In this document: in pieces, positions 38,801-57,206 of the stretch
How the letters are laid out: each line of letters begins with the position of its first letter
Position numbering within the stretch: the stretch's first letter is position 1
NCBI GenBank assembly: GCA_051294375.1
Contig: CM119270.1
Location: 2,393,273 to 2,457,272 of the forward strand
Origin: Paraspadella gotoi
Taxonomy: Eukaryota > Animalia > Chaetognatha
Direction: 5' to 3'
Length of the DNA: 64,000 nucleotides
Notes under the pieces: generated by a model
What the model was told of the DNA's origin: nothing
Databases searched by the model: none
Seen by the model: the letters and a program-made list of their open reading frames with translations, nothing else
Program-made: the position numbers and the translations under genes

Positions 38801-40973
38801 GGTTTAACAAAATGCTTTTTTTTTTTCCATTTATTCTAAGCCTTCCATTTATAAATGTTACAATACTTCATGCCACTTCTCCTTTTCCCTTCCCTCTCTT
38901 CCTCTCATCATTCTCTTCACCTTTACCCTTCCACTCTTACTCTCACCTCTTTCACCTTTTCTATCTCGGGCAATTCCCTCCTGTGATCTCCACGAGCCAA
39001 TTGGCGGCTAGTGCCTGCCGCCCCTTACGGTCCGACCCGTTTTGGGATTGATTGAGTCTCCTCTTTTCTTCCCCTGCCTCCCCTTCTTTCTTCTTCTCCT
39101 CCCTTCTCCTCTTCTTCTACGCGTTCTACCGCCCCTTCATCTCCTCTTCTTACTCCCGAATCCTTCAGTCCTTACGTGCATCGTCTCTTCTGTCCTCCTC
39201 CTTCCGCCTCTTGCTCCTCTGCGTCCCTCGTCAATCCATTAGAATCCAATGGAATCGCGAGTAGATGTTTGTTTTTCCCTCTCTTCTCCTTCGGTCTGTG
39301 AACTTTCACCACACCTCCGCAACGCTCGGCGGCCAAGAATCAGTCCAGGTCGCGCCCCGCTCACCGGGCGATGGCACCCGATGACCTACACGACAATTGT
39401 TGGGGAAGCACTCATGAGGGCACCCAAAACTTGTCCACTTGATTGGCCACCCGGATAAAGAAACCGCATACGGTATACCTTCTTGACGAAGGAGGTTGCA
39501 GCTCAATTTTCCAAACAATGGCATCTTATTTCCACCGAGATTTTCGGCCCCTTTTGCGTACTGAAGTTGCCGCTTTGCACCGGTTGCCATTCATTCGCAG
39601 AGAAGCTTCGAAGCAAACCCGATATCTTCTCTGGCGACGCGTCGATCCTCCCACGGCGTTTATTCTTTAAGCATAATTTTGCGTCTCGTCTCGCGCAGGG
39701 TACCCGGACTGACTCGTGTGCCAATGTAGGAGACATTATTGTCACTGATTTGTAGGTTATACGACTTAGACTATTAGATCTCAACAACTCCATCCTCTGA
39801 TAACCATTCGAAGTGGCAGCTATAAAAACTCGCAGTTCTTTGTTATTGTGGCCCCAAGTCCGAAGAGCGTAAAATATACACCATTTGATGCCAACATTAA
39901 CCATTTGATGCCACCTAACCATTTTCTATGCCACATAAAACCTAGATGGCAGTCAAAACTCAAATTTTGAGTGAAAATTTGGTATTTGCATGGGTGCCGA
40001 CACGACGCGCAACGTCATGGGGTATCAAAAAGATCATTGTCTTCAGGTGGATCACATAGAAGAAATCCACGTCACATCGCGGAAACTAGGGACGCCGCGG
40101 ACTTATTTGATACCTTTGGAAAACNNNNNNNNNNNNNNNNNNNNNNNNNGATTAAGAATAATGATAAGAATTAAAGATTTAAAAAAGAATCAAGAAATAG
40201 ACATCCACTTTTCCAATCATTGACGTCACTCGCAACACTTAATACCTAACTAAGCTCATAGCTAACCCGAACCTACTCTTTGAACTTAAAAACTCAATTA
40301 TGGCCGAAATGGGCCATTCTTGGAAAATAAGGCCCGATTTTCATACTTTTAATACCTCTACAGACGTCACACACAACATGCACACTCACGCAAAACAAGT
40401 CACACCTCCAGAGACGCGTCTTTCTCCGAATACGACGCAAACAAGAGAAGGAAATTATGTTTACCCCTAGAGGGTGAAAAAAAAAAGATCGTTGCAAATC
40501 GAGTATGAATATGAGAGAAATAATTTTCAGCTGGAAAACAAGAACCGGCCGGTTGGAGGTTTCGCACCGCAGGTGACTTACGGTGTTGCAACGGTGGCTC
40601 TGGAAATAGCTCAATCCATTACTCTACTACTCTACATACTACATACTACACAGTGTACAGGCACTGCAAGCTGCAACTGGCTTCACTGACTTTCAGATAT
40701 TGAAATAAAAAAAAGTGTTGATTAGAATCAAAAAGTATAAGTGAGAATTCCGTATTCTCTCTTTCTCTTCTCTTTTCCTCTCTTCTCTTTTCCTCTCTTC
40801 TCTTTCACTCTCTCTCTTCCCTCTCTTCTCTATCCCTCTCTTCTATATCCCATTCTCCCTTTCCATCCTCCTCTCTTTCCTCTCTCCTTTCATATCTTTA
40901 TCCAGTATCCCCCTCTCTCCCCTCTCACTCCCCTTCTCCCCTCTCTCCTCTCCTCTCTCTCTCTCATCTCTCT

Positions 40974-41013
<40 letters not shown>

Positions 41014-41440
41014 TCTCTCCCCCACCCGTATCTCATTTCGCCTCTCTCACTTCTCTCCTCTTCTTTCTCTCAACAGCAACCAGTATGAACCACTTGCGTC
41101 CGTTCAATTTCCTCCCCCAATTCATTTCTCTCCGCTTTTCTCTTTCCAAACCTGTGACGCCCACCGTCTCTCACATATTCCCGTCTAACCCTCACCCACC
41201 ATGTTAATCTCATCCCCCACGCAGGCTGTGTCACTCCCCCTCACTGCCGCCCCCCCACATGGTCTCTTTCAATTAGACACCGAAAATCTTTTAATGTGAG
41301 GAAAAGAAAAACAAAAAGTAAACTCGAGTCTCGTTGGTCTTTTATTCCGACTCCATTAATCGGAGATTTTTTGGTTCGGGGGGCTCCCAGTCTCTGAGCG
41401 GATGGAGGCAAGAGAGAGAGGAGAGAGAAGAGAGAAGAGA

Positions 41441-41481
<41 letters not shown>

Positions 41482-44400
41482 GAGAAACGAAAAAAAGTTA
41501 CATAATAAAGAGAATAATGAAATATGAAAATGAGTGAAACAAGCTGGCAAAGAAGGCAGAATGTGGGAAAGAGAGAGGAAAAGAGGAAAAGAAAAGAACC
41601 AAAGCAGAGTTTGGAGGAGAAAGAGATAAAAGGGAGAAGCAGAAGAGAAGAAAGGAAGAGAATAGAGAAAAAAAAAGAAGAAAGAAAAGAAAGAAAAGAA
41701 AAGAGAAGAGAAAAGCAAAGAAAATAAAGAAAAGAGAAGAAAAAGAAAAGACCAAGATCAAGGTTTAAAAAATGGGTCGGCTTGCTCTTGTCCGTCTATT
41801 AAGCTGAAGAAAGTTGAGAAGAGATAAAGTGACTGGATGAATATGAGACGGACGTATTGTAGCGACTAGTTTACAGTAAGTAAGATCTTATTTGCGACCC
41901 TATTAGTTTTTGTACGGATTTTGTTGATTGCAGTTGGCAATCGCTTTCTGCTGTATCTGTTTGGCGATGTGTACAAAAGTCTGTCTACATTCAGTACGGA
42001 ACCGGTATGCTGTAACCTTCCTTCTGAGGTCTCTCAGTAGATTGCCCGCATGCCATGAAGATGGGCGCTGAGGACGACGCAACCCGGATTCAACGTTGCG
42101 GAAGAAACGAAGTTCAGTAAGACGCCTGCGGCCATCTGAATTGATGGCAGACGTTTGTGATGCCACCGTCTTCAACTTTGCCATGCCACGAAACTATTGC
42201 CGGATGTAAGCAGAACGAGTCGTTATTGCTAATTTACTCAGTCATTGCCATTTTCAAGAAGGTTCAATACTCTGCGGGTCGTTTGTTCCAAAGGCAAAGA
42301 TTTTGCGTACGACGAGTGCGTGGCGTGGCAGTCACTGCATTCCACATTGGTTATGCTGCCATCAATGGTATGTGGCATCAATGGTTGGCGCTATCGGTGG
42401 CATCAGATGGTTTTATCGGTGCGCCATCGAATGGTTTTGCAGTGCAATGGTTATGCTGCCATCATGGTTATGGTGGCATCCTCCTGATTGCTAAATCGAA
42501 GCCGAAAAACGCCGATGGAGTGTCTCGATATGGGTTTGCTTCGAAAGTCCTGAGATGGCAACGGTGCAAGCGGCAACTTCAGTACGCAAGGGGCCGAAAT
42601 CTCGGTGGAAACGATGCCATTGTTGGAAATTGAGTGCCGTCAGAGGTATCCGTATCGGTTCTATGCGGGTGCCATCAGTGACGATTGGTGCCATGAGTGC
42701 CCATTCGGTGGCATGGGTGCCATCGGTGGCGCCGGATTCGGGCGCCGGGATGTTGAAAGTCAGCGAAGCGAGAGAAAAACAAACATCTCGTGTCAATGGA
42801 GACGGAGGAGGAAAGAGGAGGAGAGGAAGAAGAGGAGCAGAAGGAGGAAGTCGTAGGAGGAAGGGGAGAAGGAGGAAGAGGAGAAGGAGGAGAAGAAGAA
42901 GAAGGAGCAGGGGAGAGAAGAGGAGAGAAGCAAGGGGAAAGAGGAGAAGGAGGAGGATGAGGTGAGAAGGAGGAGGAGGGGAGGAGAAGGAGGAGGAGGA
43001 GCAAGAGGAGAAGAGGGTAAGGCATTGGTAGAGAAGAGGCGGAGGCGTAGATGAGGAAGAGAAGGGAGCAGGCAGAGATTGAGAAAAGGTGAGGAGTTAT
43101 TGAGAAAGAGAAAAGCAAAGCTTGCTTTTTTTAGGCATTGATTGGAAAGAGGTAAGAAAAGCTTGCTTTGAGAATGTAAATCTTGAAATATATATATATA
43201 TATATATTTGCCGTCGAACGGTGGGGCTGAGGAGAAAAAATATATTTTTTCAAGGGACAAGGAGTTTCTATACATGGAATTGATACAAACGATTTATAAA
43301 CCAAGCATTTATTCAACAAATAAGTTTGCCTCCTCATTTTGGTGAGGCTGTATCAGATGATCAATCTTGTCTTTTGTCTTATTTATTTCCCTATTTTGTT
43401 CGTTAGTCAGCTAAACTACTTGCTCGCTTGCATGCTTTGTTGCTTCCTATTCCTTCTTTACAACTTTGTCCATTAATTGATTATTCAGTTGTATATTTAT
43501 TAATTATTTATTCATTCATTTCATTCTTCTTTTCTCTTATTTGGTATTTTAATTTTTTTCTTCTAATAAATTATTGTTTCTTTATCATTATATGTTTGCA
43601 TTTCGCTTATACAATTAAACGTAGCAAAAATATTAAAATCAAGTAGAATCAAAATTCGAATAGTAGATCATGAACAGGCTTGTACCTGTGAACAATTTTC
43701 GCATACGCCTATATTTCTATGGGCATAGAAAATGATTAAATTTAATTGTTTTTTTTTTAAATTTTGAAACCTGTAAGTACCATGTATAAATAAATATGGG
43801 CGTATGCGAAAATTGAGAAATTTTTTAAAAAAATTTATATATCATTGTTCATTAGTACAAGACTGTTCATGAACTATTCTAATTTTGATCTGCAACTTTC
43901 ACTACGCCTTATTATACAATATCTAACCGTCACGGCTGAGCCCACTTGGTACTGAAAAGAAAACGCTACTTATAAAATAGCGGTTTTCTCGTATCGCGTC
44001 GGTTTTTTTTTTATTTGCAAAACAGATGGCGATACAATTTCCAGTAAATATTTAAATCTTTATATAAAATATTTAGACGGGGTTGTAGAAATATCGCCAC
44101 TCGTTTCTCTCTTTTCTTAGGTCAAATATGACAATTGACCATNNNNNNNNNNNNNNNNNNNNNNNNNCTTCTCGCTAGCGTCAAAAGATCATGACAATCT
44201 GACCACTTAAGGCCATAGTAAAATTGTTTATATTTAACTTTAATTAAAACTTCTAAAAGTGAGGAAACGAACCACACATTCAATACTACTAATGAACATT
44301 TATGTATAAAAAACAAATTTCTAAATAAATTTCTACCAATCTACGCCAGCGTTACGGCGCATTCACATTGACGCTCACTTATATACTATACTATTGAAAT

Positions 44401-44640
44401 TTGGCGTACGACAAACGCATAGTATACAAGCAATTTATCCAGCTTCTATTTCAATAAACATTTACAAGCCGTATCTCTGCCCTCTGTACTCTTGGCACAG
44501 TGGCCTCTTGGTGGTTGAGAGCCATCAATCACTCACGGCTTTCACAAGATAAGTGACATCAGCAGCCGTTCCCCTGCGCAAGCTTTCAAATCAAGACTTC
44601 TCACAGTCTCGCCTTATTCACTCCAGAGCTACCTGGCTTC
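27170..44640. repeat. About 4.3-kb block present as three forward copies (27170-31500, 31528-~35200, 40150-44640) plus a heavily degraded inverted copy (~36200-40000); probable long-read gap-fill artefact
   Basis: Same sequence restarts after the 25-N gaps at 31503 and 40125; copies differ mainly by scattered 1-nt indels. Confidence 0.85.
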
Positions 44641-44929
44641 CCTATCAAGTGAAGTGAAAAATTATTTTCAAAGAAATGTTTCAATGCTATGAACAACAGA
44701 CCACTCCTTAAGTATTAGATCGCGCGGAATCAAATACTAGCTATCTGTACTCCGCACTAGGCATCAACAATACAAGCGAAGGCTGAATTTTATGAAATTG
44801 TTACAAACCCAATAGTAAAAATTATCATTCCATTATTTATTCCATTATTATTATTGTTTATTTCCCATTCTAATACTATAAATGTCTTAAAAATTTCATA
44901 AACAGTTTTTTTAAAAAGTTTTGCTTTTG

Positions 44930-45185
44930 TTGCAGATTTGGATTCCAGTCATAACAACAAGTTTGATAAAAAGAAATGCATAACTCTTTTCTTGAAAAAA
45001 TTCTTCATTAAGTGGGTCAAAAAATATAGAAAAAAAGCTATATTTTAAGCTGAAAATTAACTTTTTATATATTAATATAGTTTTATTTATTTTTTAACCC
45101 ACTTAATGAAAGAATTTTCTAAAATGACATTCTATATCTTTCTTTTACTCAACTTTTGACGACGAGGAATTTAAAATCTGCAATA
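44930..45185. mobile_element. Degenerate fold-back/MITE-like palindrome
   Basis: tgcagatt...ttcattaagtgggt (left) versus acccacttaatgaa...aatctgca (right), centred near 45060. Confidence 0.55.
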
Positions 45186-45924
45186 AATTAAGAAAAGCCC
45201 TATATTAAATTTTCATCGATTTTATCTATAGGTGAGTTGATCTACTAATATAAATATAGCCTACTGCAAAAATTAAAAAAACATTAAAATGGACAATTTA
45301 TTTTGTACAATTAAATGTTCATGATAACGCTATGTTGTTCATAATTGACTTTTCGAACTTCTCTCCACATGTAACTTTCACTACGCCCTTATATGACATT
45401 GACCATCTGACCACTATCAATTTTCCTTTTTATCGATTGAAACTCCCTTGTTTTATATGGTTCATTTGTTGGTTCCGTCTTTCTGACGACATCGTCATCT
45501 CAATCATGACTTGAGCGAATCTTTTTAGAAGCGTCTGCTCGTCTAAACTTAGTTATGCTACGCGGTTTTTTGGATCACATAAAATAGTTAAAAGTTTTCT
45601 AGTAGAGACACTCCTCTAGCCGTTCTCATGTTTTCGGACTGGGAGACGCCTCGACACTGACAGCGACTCTGTAGCGGCAACGTTTGCAACATGTCTTTAA
45701 TAGAAACTCTCTCGCATAATCAACAACCTCTAATTCTTTGACACATTCTCCACCTCACATATCACACCCTCAAGGTTAAGATTCTAATAAGCTTAAGAAT
45801 TCTTATACTAAAGATTTACCTTACCGATGAAGAACAATTATCTCACGTTTTGCACCAAACATCTATCCAGTTGTGCCAAGGTCGTGACTCCTACTTGTGC
45901 TTTTAAGCATTACGTGTATTCAGA

Positions 45925-49239
<3,315 letters not shown>

Positions 49240-49261
49240 AAAAAAAAGATCAAAGATAAAC

Positions 49262-49387
<126 letters not shown>

Positions 49388-50455
49388 ACAAGAGGAAGCG
49401 GCCTGGGAAAAATTAATGTTATGGAACTGAAATTGACAAAGAGAAACGAGGATCGTTGAAGGATTGTTATTGTTTTCTCAGTCGTAAACATTAGGGAAGA
49501 AAAACAATTTGTTGTATTCGCAAATGGAATTCTTTCGGTTTTTTTTTAAATTTAAATGGTAAGTACATAGATAAATCATAAATGAATAATGATGTAAAAA
49601 TGTAAAGGAAAACGGTTTGAAGATTTCCATCAGGATTTTTCAACGTCCTTTTAATGTTTTTAGATGACCGCTTATTGTCCAGACGTCAGCTGCTGTTGAC
49701 GGAGCACCAATAATTGCAACCCGTTCTCGATATATCGAGGTAAAGTCAGTTTTCCCCCCCCAACCGTTCCGTCCGCTGTTGACGTAACGCCAACTATTTT
49801 CCGTTTTTGACGTAACTTTTGAGGCTTCGTCATTTTTTATCGAAGTTATTTAATTCGCTTCTCGATTTGCCGGAGCAGAACGAAAAAAAAACTTTTCCCG
49901 CCCTCTAGAGGCGGGAAAAGTCACTTTGTTGCCAGGGTGACGCGTTTTATGTTTTATGATCCTTCGATTCGATCGCTGATTCCATCCATAAACCTGGAAG
50001 GGAGAGAAAACGAGAGAGGAGAGGGGGAGTGAGAGAGAGACAGATGGGGAGTGATAGGAGGGGGCGTGACGAGAGAGGCGGACGGGAACTGGGCGTTAAC
50101 CTGGAGGCCTTTTTTACAAAATATAACATTGTGTACGAGATAGGCGGACCGAGGAAGGAGCAGGGCGTTAACCTGGAGGCGGAGCGAATGAGGAGTTGAG
50201 AAATTGTAATGATTGGATAAAGAAACCGAGGCTCTGGTGGACGAAGCAAATGCAACGGATGACAATGGCCCCCCCCCTTCGGTCGGCGTCCTACAGTGCC
50301 ACCCGTTGGCAATGCCCGTCTGGGGCGCCCGTCAGTCGCGTCGTACAGCGGCGTCTGTCAGCGATACCGGAAGCCACGCCCATTCTCAGATATTTATGTA
50401 TGGATTGCGGTGCGATTGCGATTTTTCGTGCTTCATGAAGTTTCGCTGTCTTCCT

Positions 50456-50557
<102 letters not shown>

Positions 50558-50880
50558 CAATACATACTAATGTCGAATGAATTTTTTGTCCAAAGATTCG
50601 AAAATTTTCTCCATGTCAACAAAGTTTATTTTCGCTTCATAGCGAAAATCTTTACCCAACAAAAATTCTTTACCCTCAAATCTTTTACCTTTTTTTGAAA
50701 ACAAAAAAGACCAAAAATAATTAAAACCTTTTTTTTCGATAAAAACTTATTTTTTTTTTCTCGACGAGAGAGAAAAAGGGACGGCAGAATTAAGCGGGCG
50801 GCGGGGAAGTCACAAAAGAAGCCGAGTCTTGTCTTGTCTTGTCTTGTCTCGTCTTGTCTTCTTACAACAAGAACGAAACC

Positions 50881-51017
50881 ATGGGGAAATGTCCGATTCT
50901 CAACAGAAAGCAGACGGAGAAAGGGGCAGATTGGATGTTCAGCATCAATTTTTTCATCGGATCCGGTGCATTTCTCTCTGGACTCGTCGAAATTTTCATG
51001 GATAAGCCTCATTTCAT

Positions 51018-51054
<37 letters not shown>

Positions 51055-51079
51055 GCGAGAGAGAGAGAGAGAGAAAGGA

Positions 51080-51115
<36 letters not shown>

Positions 51116-53090
51116 AAGAAAGGATGAAGAAGTAAAGCGATCGTGAAAGCGATCGTGAGAGTTTGGGTTTTTGCTTCGTGAAGCAAAAGCGAGTAGCGGT
51201 AGTATTTAATACCCCACTACTCGTCCGAGAATCAGCAGCACCTTATGCGCCGGAGGTAGAACGAGCTCCTCCCAACCCAAAGGACCCGGGTTCGCGCCCT
51301 TTTGATTACACAAGTAAAAGCGGGACGGGGCGTCTAACCCACCTGTAGTGACGGACTACAGTCCGATCAGAAGTTCGGGACCTTGTGTGCAACAGACGGT
51401 GAACTGCTCGCGACATCGTCTTCCACAAGCGAGAGATATGTAGAGTGGAGCTCTCGGGCACAAAAATTATATTTTAGTCAATTAAGATTACCTGATAAAA
51501 TAATAATTGTCAAAGCACTGAATGAGCCGAAACATGTCTGGCTAATTATGTAAAAAAAAATCGTTGTCAAACCAAAACTGTTTTTCTCCTAATACTAAAA
51601 AAACAACGAAAAGAGAGTATATACATAATGAAAATAAATATGAAATTTGTTTCCCATATAAATATTTATGATATTCTATTCTTTTTTTAACTAAATCCTT
51701 GTTTTGATGCTCCTGTATGTACTGAATCAACCTTGTTGAATTCGAAATAAAACGCATATATGAACGTCCTTTCTACCGCCCCGCCCCATTTCCATCGCCT
51801 CGCAGGGATGGTTCGTCGTTTTGATCTGCGGCATTATCCATCTCTATTTGGGCATCCACTTTGTTATCGCTTTCCGCTGCAAATGCTGTAACAAGAAGCT
51901 TTGGTTCATCATCCTCACTCTGGCTGCCGTCGGATGCACTGTTGTCGAGGTCCCTCCATCTTTCTGTCCGTCTATCTGCTCGCTCAGTCAGTCCAGATTT
52001 AAGCTCATTTAGGATTTTTCTTCTTTTTTTCCCCTCATTTCGTGTTTATTATAATAAGACTAATTGGGTACAAAATTAATACAGAACATTGGTCGAACCA
52101 GAATTTGATATCGGTCTTTAAACGCATTTGACTCTTTTCCCCTTGCTACCCAGTTCATAATTTCTAAAAGATGCCCATTTCTGTTTTTTATCCCTAATCT
52201 TAATTCGGTCCCTCTTCTTATCACCTTTTTTAAACTTTTTAATCCTGAAAACAAACGTAATTTCTTAATTTATGCCAAGATGGAGCGCTGTCTGAATGGA
52301 GCGTTGTCTGAAAAGAATGTATCTAAAAGAGGTGGGACCTTTCCTTCGTCTGATACGAATGACCGCATTCGGGTTCGCTTCCAATAAGCCTTCAATTTTT
52401 GTGTCCCTTTGTAGTTGGCATTAGCCTGAATTATCGAGATCAGTTAAATAGTTAATAGGTTTATCCAGTCCCTGAACACAAAATATGTTTTTTGTTTTGT
52501 TTTTGTTTTTTTTAATTTTTTTGGCCTTTTTTTCTTTGCTCAGTTTGTCGTCTTCGTATTTAGCCTGGTTCCGAAAACCTTCCAAAAATGGTTCTGCGAC
52601 GTTGGAGGAACGGTACCTTCTTACTAATTTTTTCAAAAGTATACTATTACTTTTATCTATTGCTTAAATCTATCTTTCATCAATTACTATTTATCAATTA
52701 CTATATCTTTTTCTATCTTTATTCCGTTTACATTTTCCTGCACTTACAATTTTGTTTTTTATAAACTCAGGATTGTTCCAAGGACCCGATCATGGCTTGT
52801 CCGGCCTTTCCAATCATCTTGGTCATCGCCCTGTTCGCTCTTGTGAGTCTCCTTAAACTATAAATAAATGATAGGAAATTCGTGATAAATTCATGATAAG
52901 ATTTTGGGTAATTACGGCCAAAACGTCTCGAAGTTTGCGCTAAAAAAAAAACCCGAATCTATTTTTATCCCTTTGATCTCAGATCGTCTCTTCTGCTTTG
53001 GCTGCGACTTACCTGCACATCATCATCAAAGAAGGCAAAGGTTACGACAAAGTTCCGGAAGAGGCTCCGCCCGCCGAAGGAGAAGAATAA
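50881..53090 (+). CDS. 176-aa four-transmembrane tetraspanin-like protein with a very short EC2 (paralog A)
   Basis: Five phase-0 GT-AG exons: 50881-51018 (MGKCPILNRKQTEKGADWMFSINFFIGSGAFLSGLVEIFMDKPHFI), 51806-51949 (GWFVVLICGIIHLYLGIHFVIAFRCKCCNKKLWFIILTLAAVGCTVVE), 52544-52612 (FVVFVFSLVPKTFQKWFCDVGGT), 52771-52842 (DCSKDPIMACPAFPIILVIALFAL), 52983-53090 (IVSSALAATYLHIIIKEGKGYDKVPEEAPPAEGEE*). Confidence 0.88.
51232..51400 (+). mobile_element. tRNA-headed SINE-like element, family 2, with P5-type twister variant (51309-51387), in intron 1 of paralog A
   Basis: B-box-like ggttcgcgccc; cacaag..GCGG-G-A-CGG-ggcgtc-TAA-CCC-AC-[ctgtagt..actacag]-t-ccga-TCAGAAGT-tcgg..cttgtg. Confidence 0.75.
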
Positions 53091-54379
53091 GATGGTCCGG
53101 TGTGGTTCGGAAGGTTGGAGGATGTAGACTGTCATCGAAGAAGCTGATTAATTTGTGGAGAGAGAGAAGCAAGATCACAATTCAAGACTTTTCTCTCTTG
53201 AGTCGATTTGGAAAAAAAAAGTGTAAATGTTTTCAACTATTTATGTTTCATGTCATAAAATAAAAGAAAAAGCGCGGGATTCGAGAAAATTTTTAGCCTT
53301 TGTAACATTTATTCAAATAAAAAAAAAGGATCTTTTATCAGAAATTTGGTAAATCATTGTCACTATCTAGCAAGGAGTAGTTAATGATGAATAGGCATTG
53401 AAAAAACAGACAACAAATAATATAGAAATAATTATAATACTTTCTATTATGTTTAAGATTGTAACCACCAAAAGAAAACAAAAAAGTAGGAAACCACAAA
53501 TGCGAACTTTTGGTTATTAATCTGCGCCACTTAAACTTAACTTAACTAAAACTTAAACTTAAACAAGCGGTAGCCGACCAAATTCAAATTTTAATGGGAA
53601 CAGCATTAAACTAATCCATTATTGATATTAATTATTGTGTTAAAATATTTTTTTGCAAAAATGTTCCGAACCATGAGTAATTTGTTAATTAAAATTATTA
53701 TATTGCTGTATAATGATAACATTTTAATTGATTCTGATAGAGCTCGAAAAGTTAAGCAAAAAATGTAATTACAACTTTTAAAAATTTTTATATTTTATTA
53801 CTGAAAATTAGAAAAAACTGCTAAAATCATCGGATGATGATGATGAGGATGATTTTTCCAGGTTTTTCCCAATTATGACCCACTTATCATCAAAATATTG
53901 AAAAAAGAATTACACTTTGTGTAAAAAACTTTTTATAAGCTATCTGAATCTGCTTTTAAAAATACAAATTCCAAAAAATCTTTTTTTTACATTTCCTATC
54001 TATAAATAAAATATTAAAAGATTAATTACTAGTGCTTCTAGCCATTTTAGAAGAATTTTGAAAGTTTCTTCAGAATGTTGAAGTTTGATTTTGGGAAGGT
54101 TCCCAAAAACTTCTGACCCACCTCATTGACAAAGATTGGCCCTACTTAAACTGAGGTTAATTCTAACGATAATTCGTTTAATTTTCACTTTAGGTTAAGA
54201 GCTTACAGTAGTTAGCAAAGAAACATTTAGATTCCGTAGTTTTTTATACAGAACGACTAAATTATTACTTATTTCATTTAGGAAAAAAAAAATATCTATG
54301 AAATTGTTCGGTATTTTTGCTCTTTTTGGGTCATGACCTCTACTTATTCGTTTTATCCGTGCTGTTTACACCACGCGTC

Positions 54380-57010
54380 ATGCAAATGCCTGTAACAAAC
54401 GAAGCTTTGGTTATCATTCTCACCTGGCTGCCGTCGGATGCACTGTGTCCGAGGTCCCTCCATCTTTCTGTTCCGTCTATCTGCTCGCTGTTCAGTCAGT
54501 CCCAGATTATAAGCTCTTTAGGATTTTTTCGTTCTTTTATTTTCCCCTCATTTCGTGTTTATTATAAATACAGGGAACTAATTTGGGTACAAAATTAATA
54601 CAGAACCAATTGGTCGACCAGAATTTTGATATCGGTCTTTAAACGCTTTGACTCTTTTGCCCCTTGGCTACCCAGTTCATAATTTCTAAAGAATGCCCAT
54701 TTCTGTTTTTACCCTAATCTTAGTTCCGTCCCTCTTCTTATCACCCTTTTTTAAAACTTTTTAATCCTGAAAACAAACAGTAATTTCTTAATTTAATGCC
54801 CAAGATGGAGCGCTGTCTGAATGGAGCGTTGTCTTTGAAAAAGAATGTATCTAAAAGAGGTTTGGACCTTTCCTTGTCTGATACGAATGACCGCATTCGG
54901 TTCGCTTCCAATAAGCCTTCAATTTTTTTGGTGTCCTTTGTAGTTGGCATTAGCCTGAATTATCGAGATCCAGTTAAATAGTTAATAGGTTTTATCCAGT
55001 CCCTGAACACAAAAATAGTTTGTTTTTTTTTTTTGTTTTTTTTTTGTTTTTTAAATTTTTTGGCGCTTCGTTTTTTCTTTGCTCAGTTTGTTCGTCTCGT
55101 ATTTAGCCTGGGTTCCGAAAACCTTCCAAAATGGTTCTGCGACGTTGGAGGAACGGTACCTTCTTACTAAATTTTTTTCAAAAGTAACTATATACTTTTA
55201 TATCTATGCTTAAATCAGTCTTTCATCAAAATTACTATCTCATCAATTTACTAATATCTTTTTCTATCTTTAATTCCGTTTACATTTTCCTGCACTTACA
55301 ATTTTGTTTTTTATAAAAACTCAGGATTGTTCGCAAGGAAACACCGATCAATGGCTTGTCCGGCCTTTCCAATCATCTTGGTCCATACGCCTGTTCGCTC
55401 TTGTGAGTCTCCTTACTAATAAATAAATGATAGGAAATTCGTGATAAATTCATGATAAGATTTTGGGTAATTACGGCCAAAACGTCTCGAAGTTTGCGCT
55501 AAAAAAAAACCCGAATCTATTTTTTACGCCTTTGATCTCAGATCGCTCTCTTCTGCTTTGGCTGCGAACTTACCTGCACATCATCATCAAAGAAGGCAAA
55601 GGTTACGACAAAGTTCCGGAAGAGGCTCCGCCCGCGAAGGAGAAGAATAAGATGGTCCGGTGTGGTTGGGAAAGGTTGGAGGATGTAGACTGTGTCCATC
55701 GAAGAAGCGATTATTTGTGGAGAGAGAGAACAAGATCACAATTCAAGACTTTTCTCTCTTGAGTCGATTGGAAAAAAAAAGTGTAAAATGTTTTCAACTA
55801 TTTATGTTTCCATGTCATAAAATAAAGAAAAAAGCGCGGATTCGAGAAAATTTTTAGCCTTTGTAACATTTATTCAAATAAAAAAAAAAGGATCTTTATC
55901 AGAAAATTTGGTAAATCATTGTCACTATCTAGCAAGGAGTAGTTAATGATGAATAGGCATTGAAAAAACAGAACAAATAATATAGAAATAATTATAATAC
56001 TTTCATTATGTTTAAGATTGTCACAAAAGAAAACAAAAAAAGTAGGAAAACCAACAAATGCGAACTTTTGGTTATTAATCTCGCCAACTTAAACTTAACT
56101 AACTAAAACTTAAACTTAAACAGCGGTAGCCGACCAAATTCAAATTTTAAATGGGAACAGCATTAAACTAATCCATTATTGATATTAATTATTGTGTTAA
56201 AAATATTTTTTTGCAAAAAATGTTCCGAACCATGGAGTAATTTGTTAATTAAAATTATTATATTGCTGTATAATGATAACATTTTAATTGATTCTGATAG
56301 AGCTCGAAAAGTTAAGCAAAAAATGTAATTACAAACTTTTAAAAATTTTTATATTTTATTACTGAAAATTAGAAAAAACTGCTAAAATCATCGGATGATG
56401 ATGATGAGGATGATTTTTTCCAGGTTTTTTCCGCACAATTATGACCCACTTAATCATCAAAATATTGAAAAAAAGAATTACACTTTGTGTAAAAAACTTT
56501 TTATAAGCTATCTGAATCTGCTTTTAAAAATACAAATTCCAAAAAATCTTTTTTACATTTCCTATCTATAAATAAATATATAAAAGATTAATTACTAGTG
56601 CTTCTAGCCATTTTGAAAATTTTGAAAGTTTTCTCAGAAATGTATGAAGTTTGATTTGGGAAGGTTCCCAAATCAAAACTTCTGACCACATCATTCTCGA
56701 CCTTTGCAGACACAAGCTACTAAATCTGAGGATCATAAGCATCATAACATAATGTCCGCACATCAATTTCAGGAAGCTGTCTTGAAAACGTAGAAATGTA
56801 GATTAGCTTCTGACTAGATATTAATTTCGAATTATCACATTTGATACGACGACTTATAAGTTGTATTAACTGAGGTTAATTCTAGATAATCGTATTTACT
56901 GGTAAGAAGTTACAGAGTACCAAAGAAACATTAGTTCCGTAGTTTTTATACAGAAGACTAAATTATTACTTATTTCATTTAGGAAAAAAAAAATATCTAT
57001 GAATTGTTCG
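54380..57010 (+). repeat. Indel-ridden second copy of ~51880-54310 (exons 2-5 of paralog A and 3' flank); probable assembly artefact
   Basis: Colinear, near-identical introns and exons with frequent 1-nt insertions and no exon 1. Confidence 0.8.
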
Positions 57011-57206
57011 GTAATTTTTTAAACCAAAGACAATAATATCAAGTCATCTGTATAAAAAAAACATCCTTGAAAGCATAAAAAGAAAAGTTTGAAACTAATG
57101 ATCGAAAAAAAAAAGATGAAGTCGCTTATTTTTTTAGCGACATAAACTAAATAAGAAAAAATAATCGGCAACCGGAAATCCTCGGCACCGAAACGCCAAC
57201 GCGACC

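Noticed and set aside
54380-55650. Third tetraspanin-like paralog or pseudogene
   Set aside because: Introns are as similar as exons and differences are 1-nt indels, which fits an uncorrected read of paralog A.
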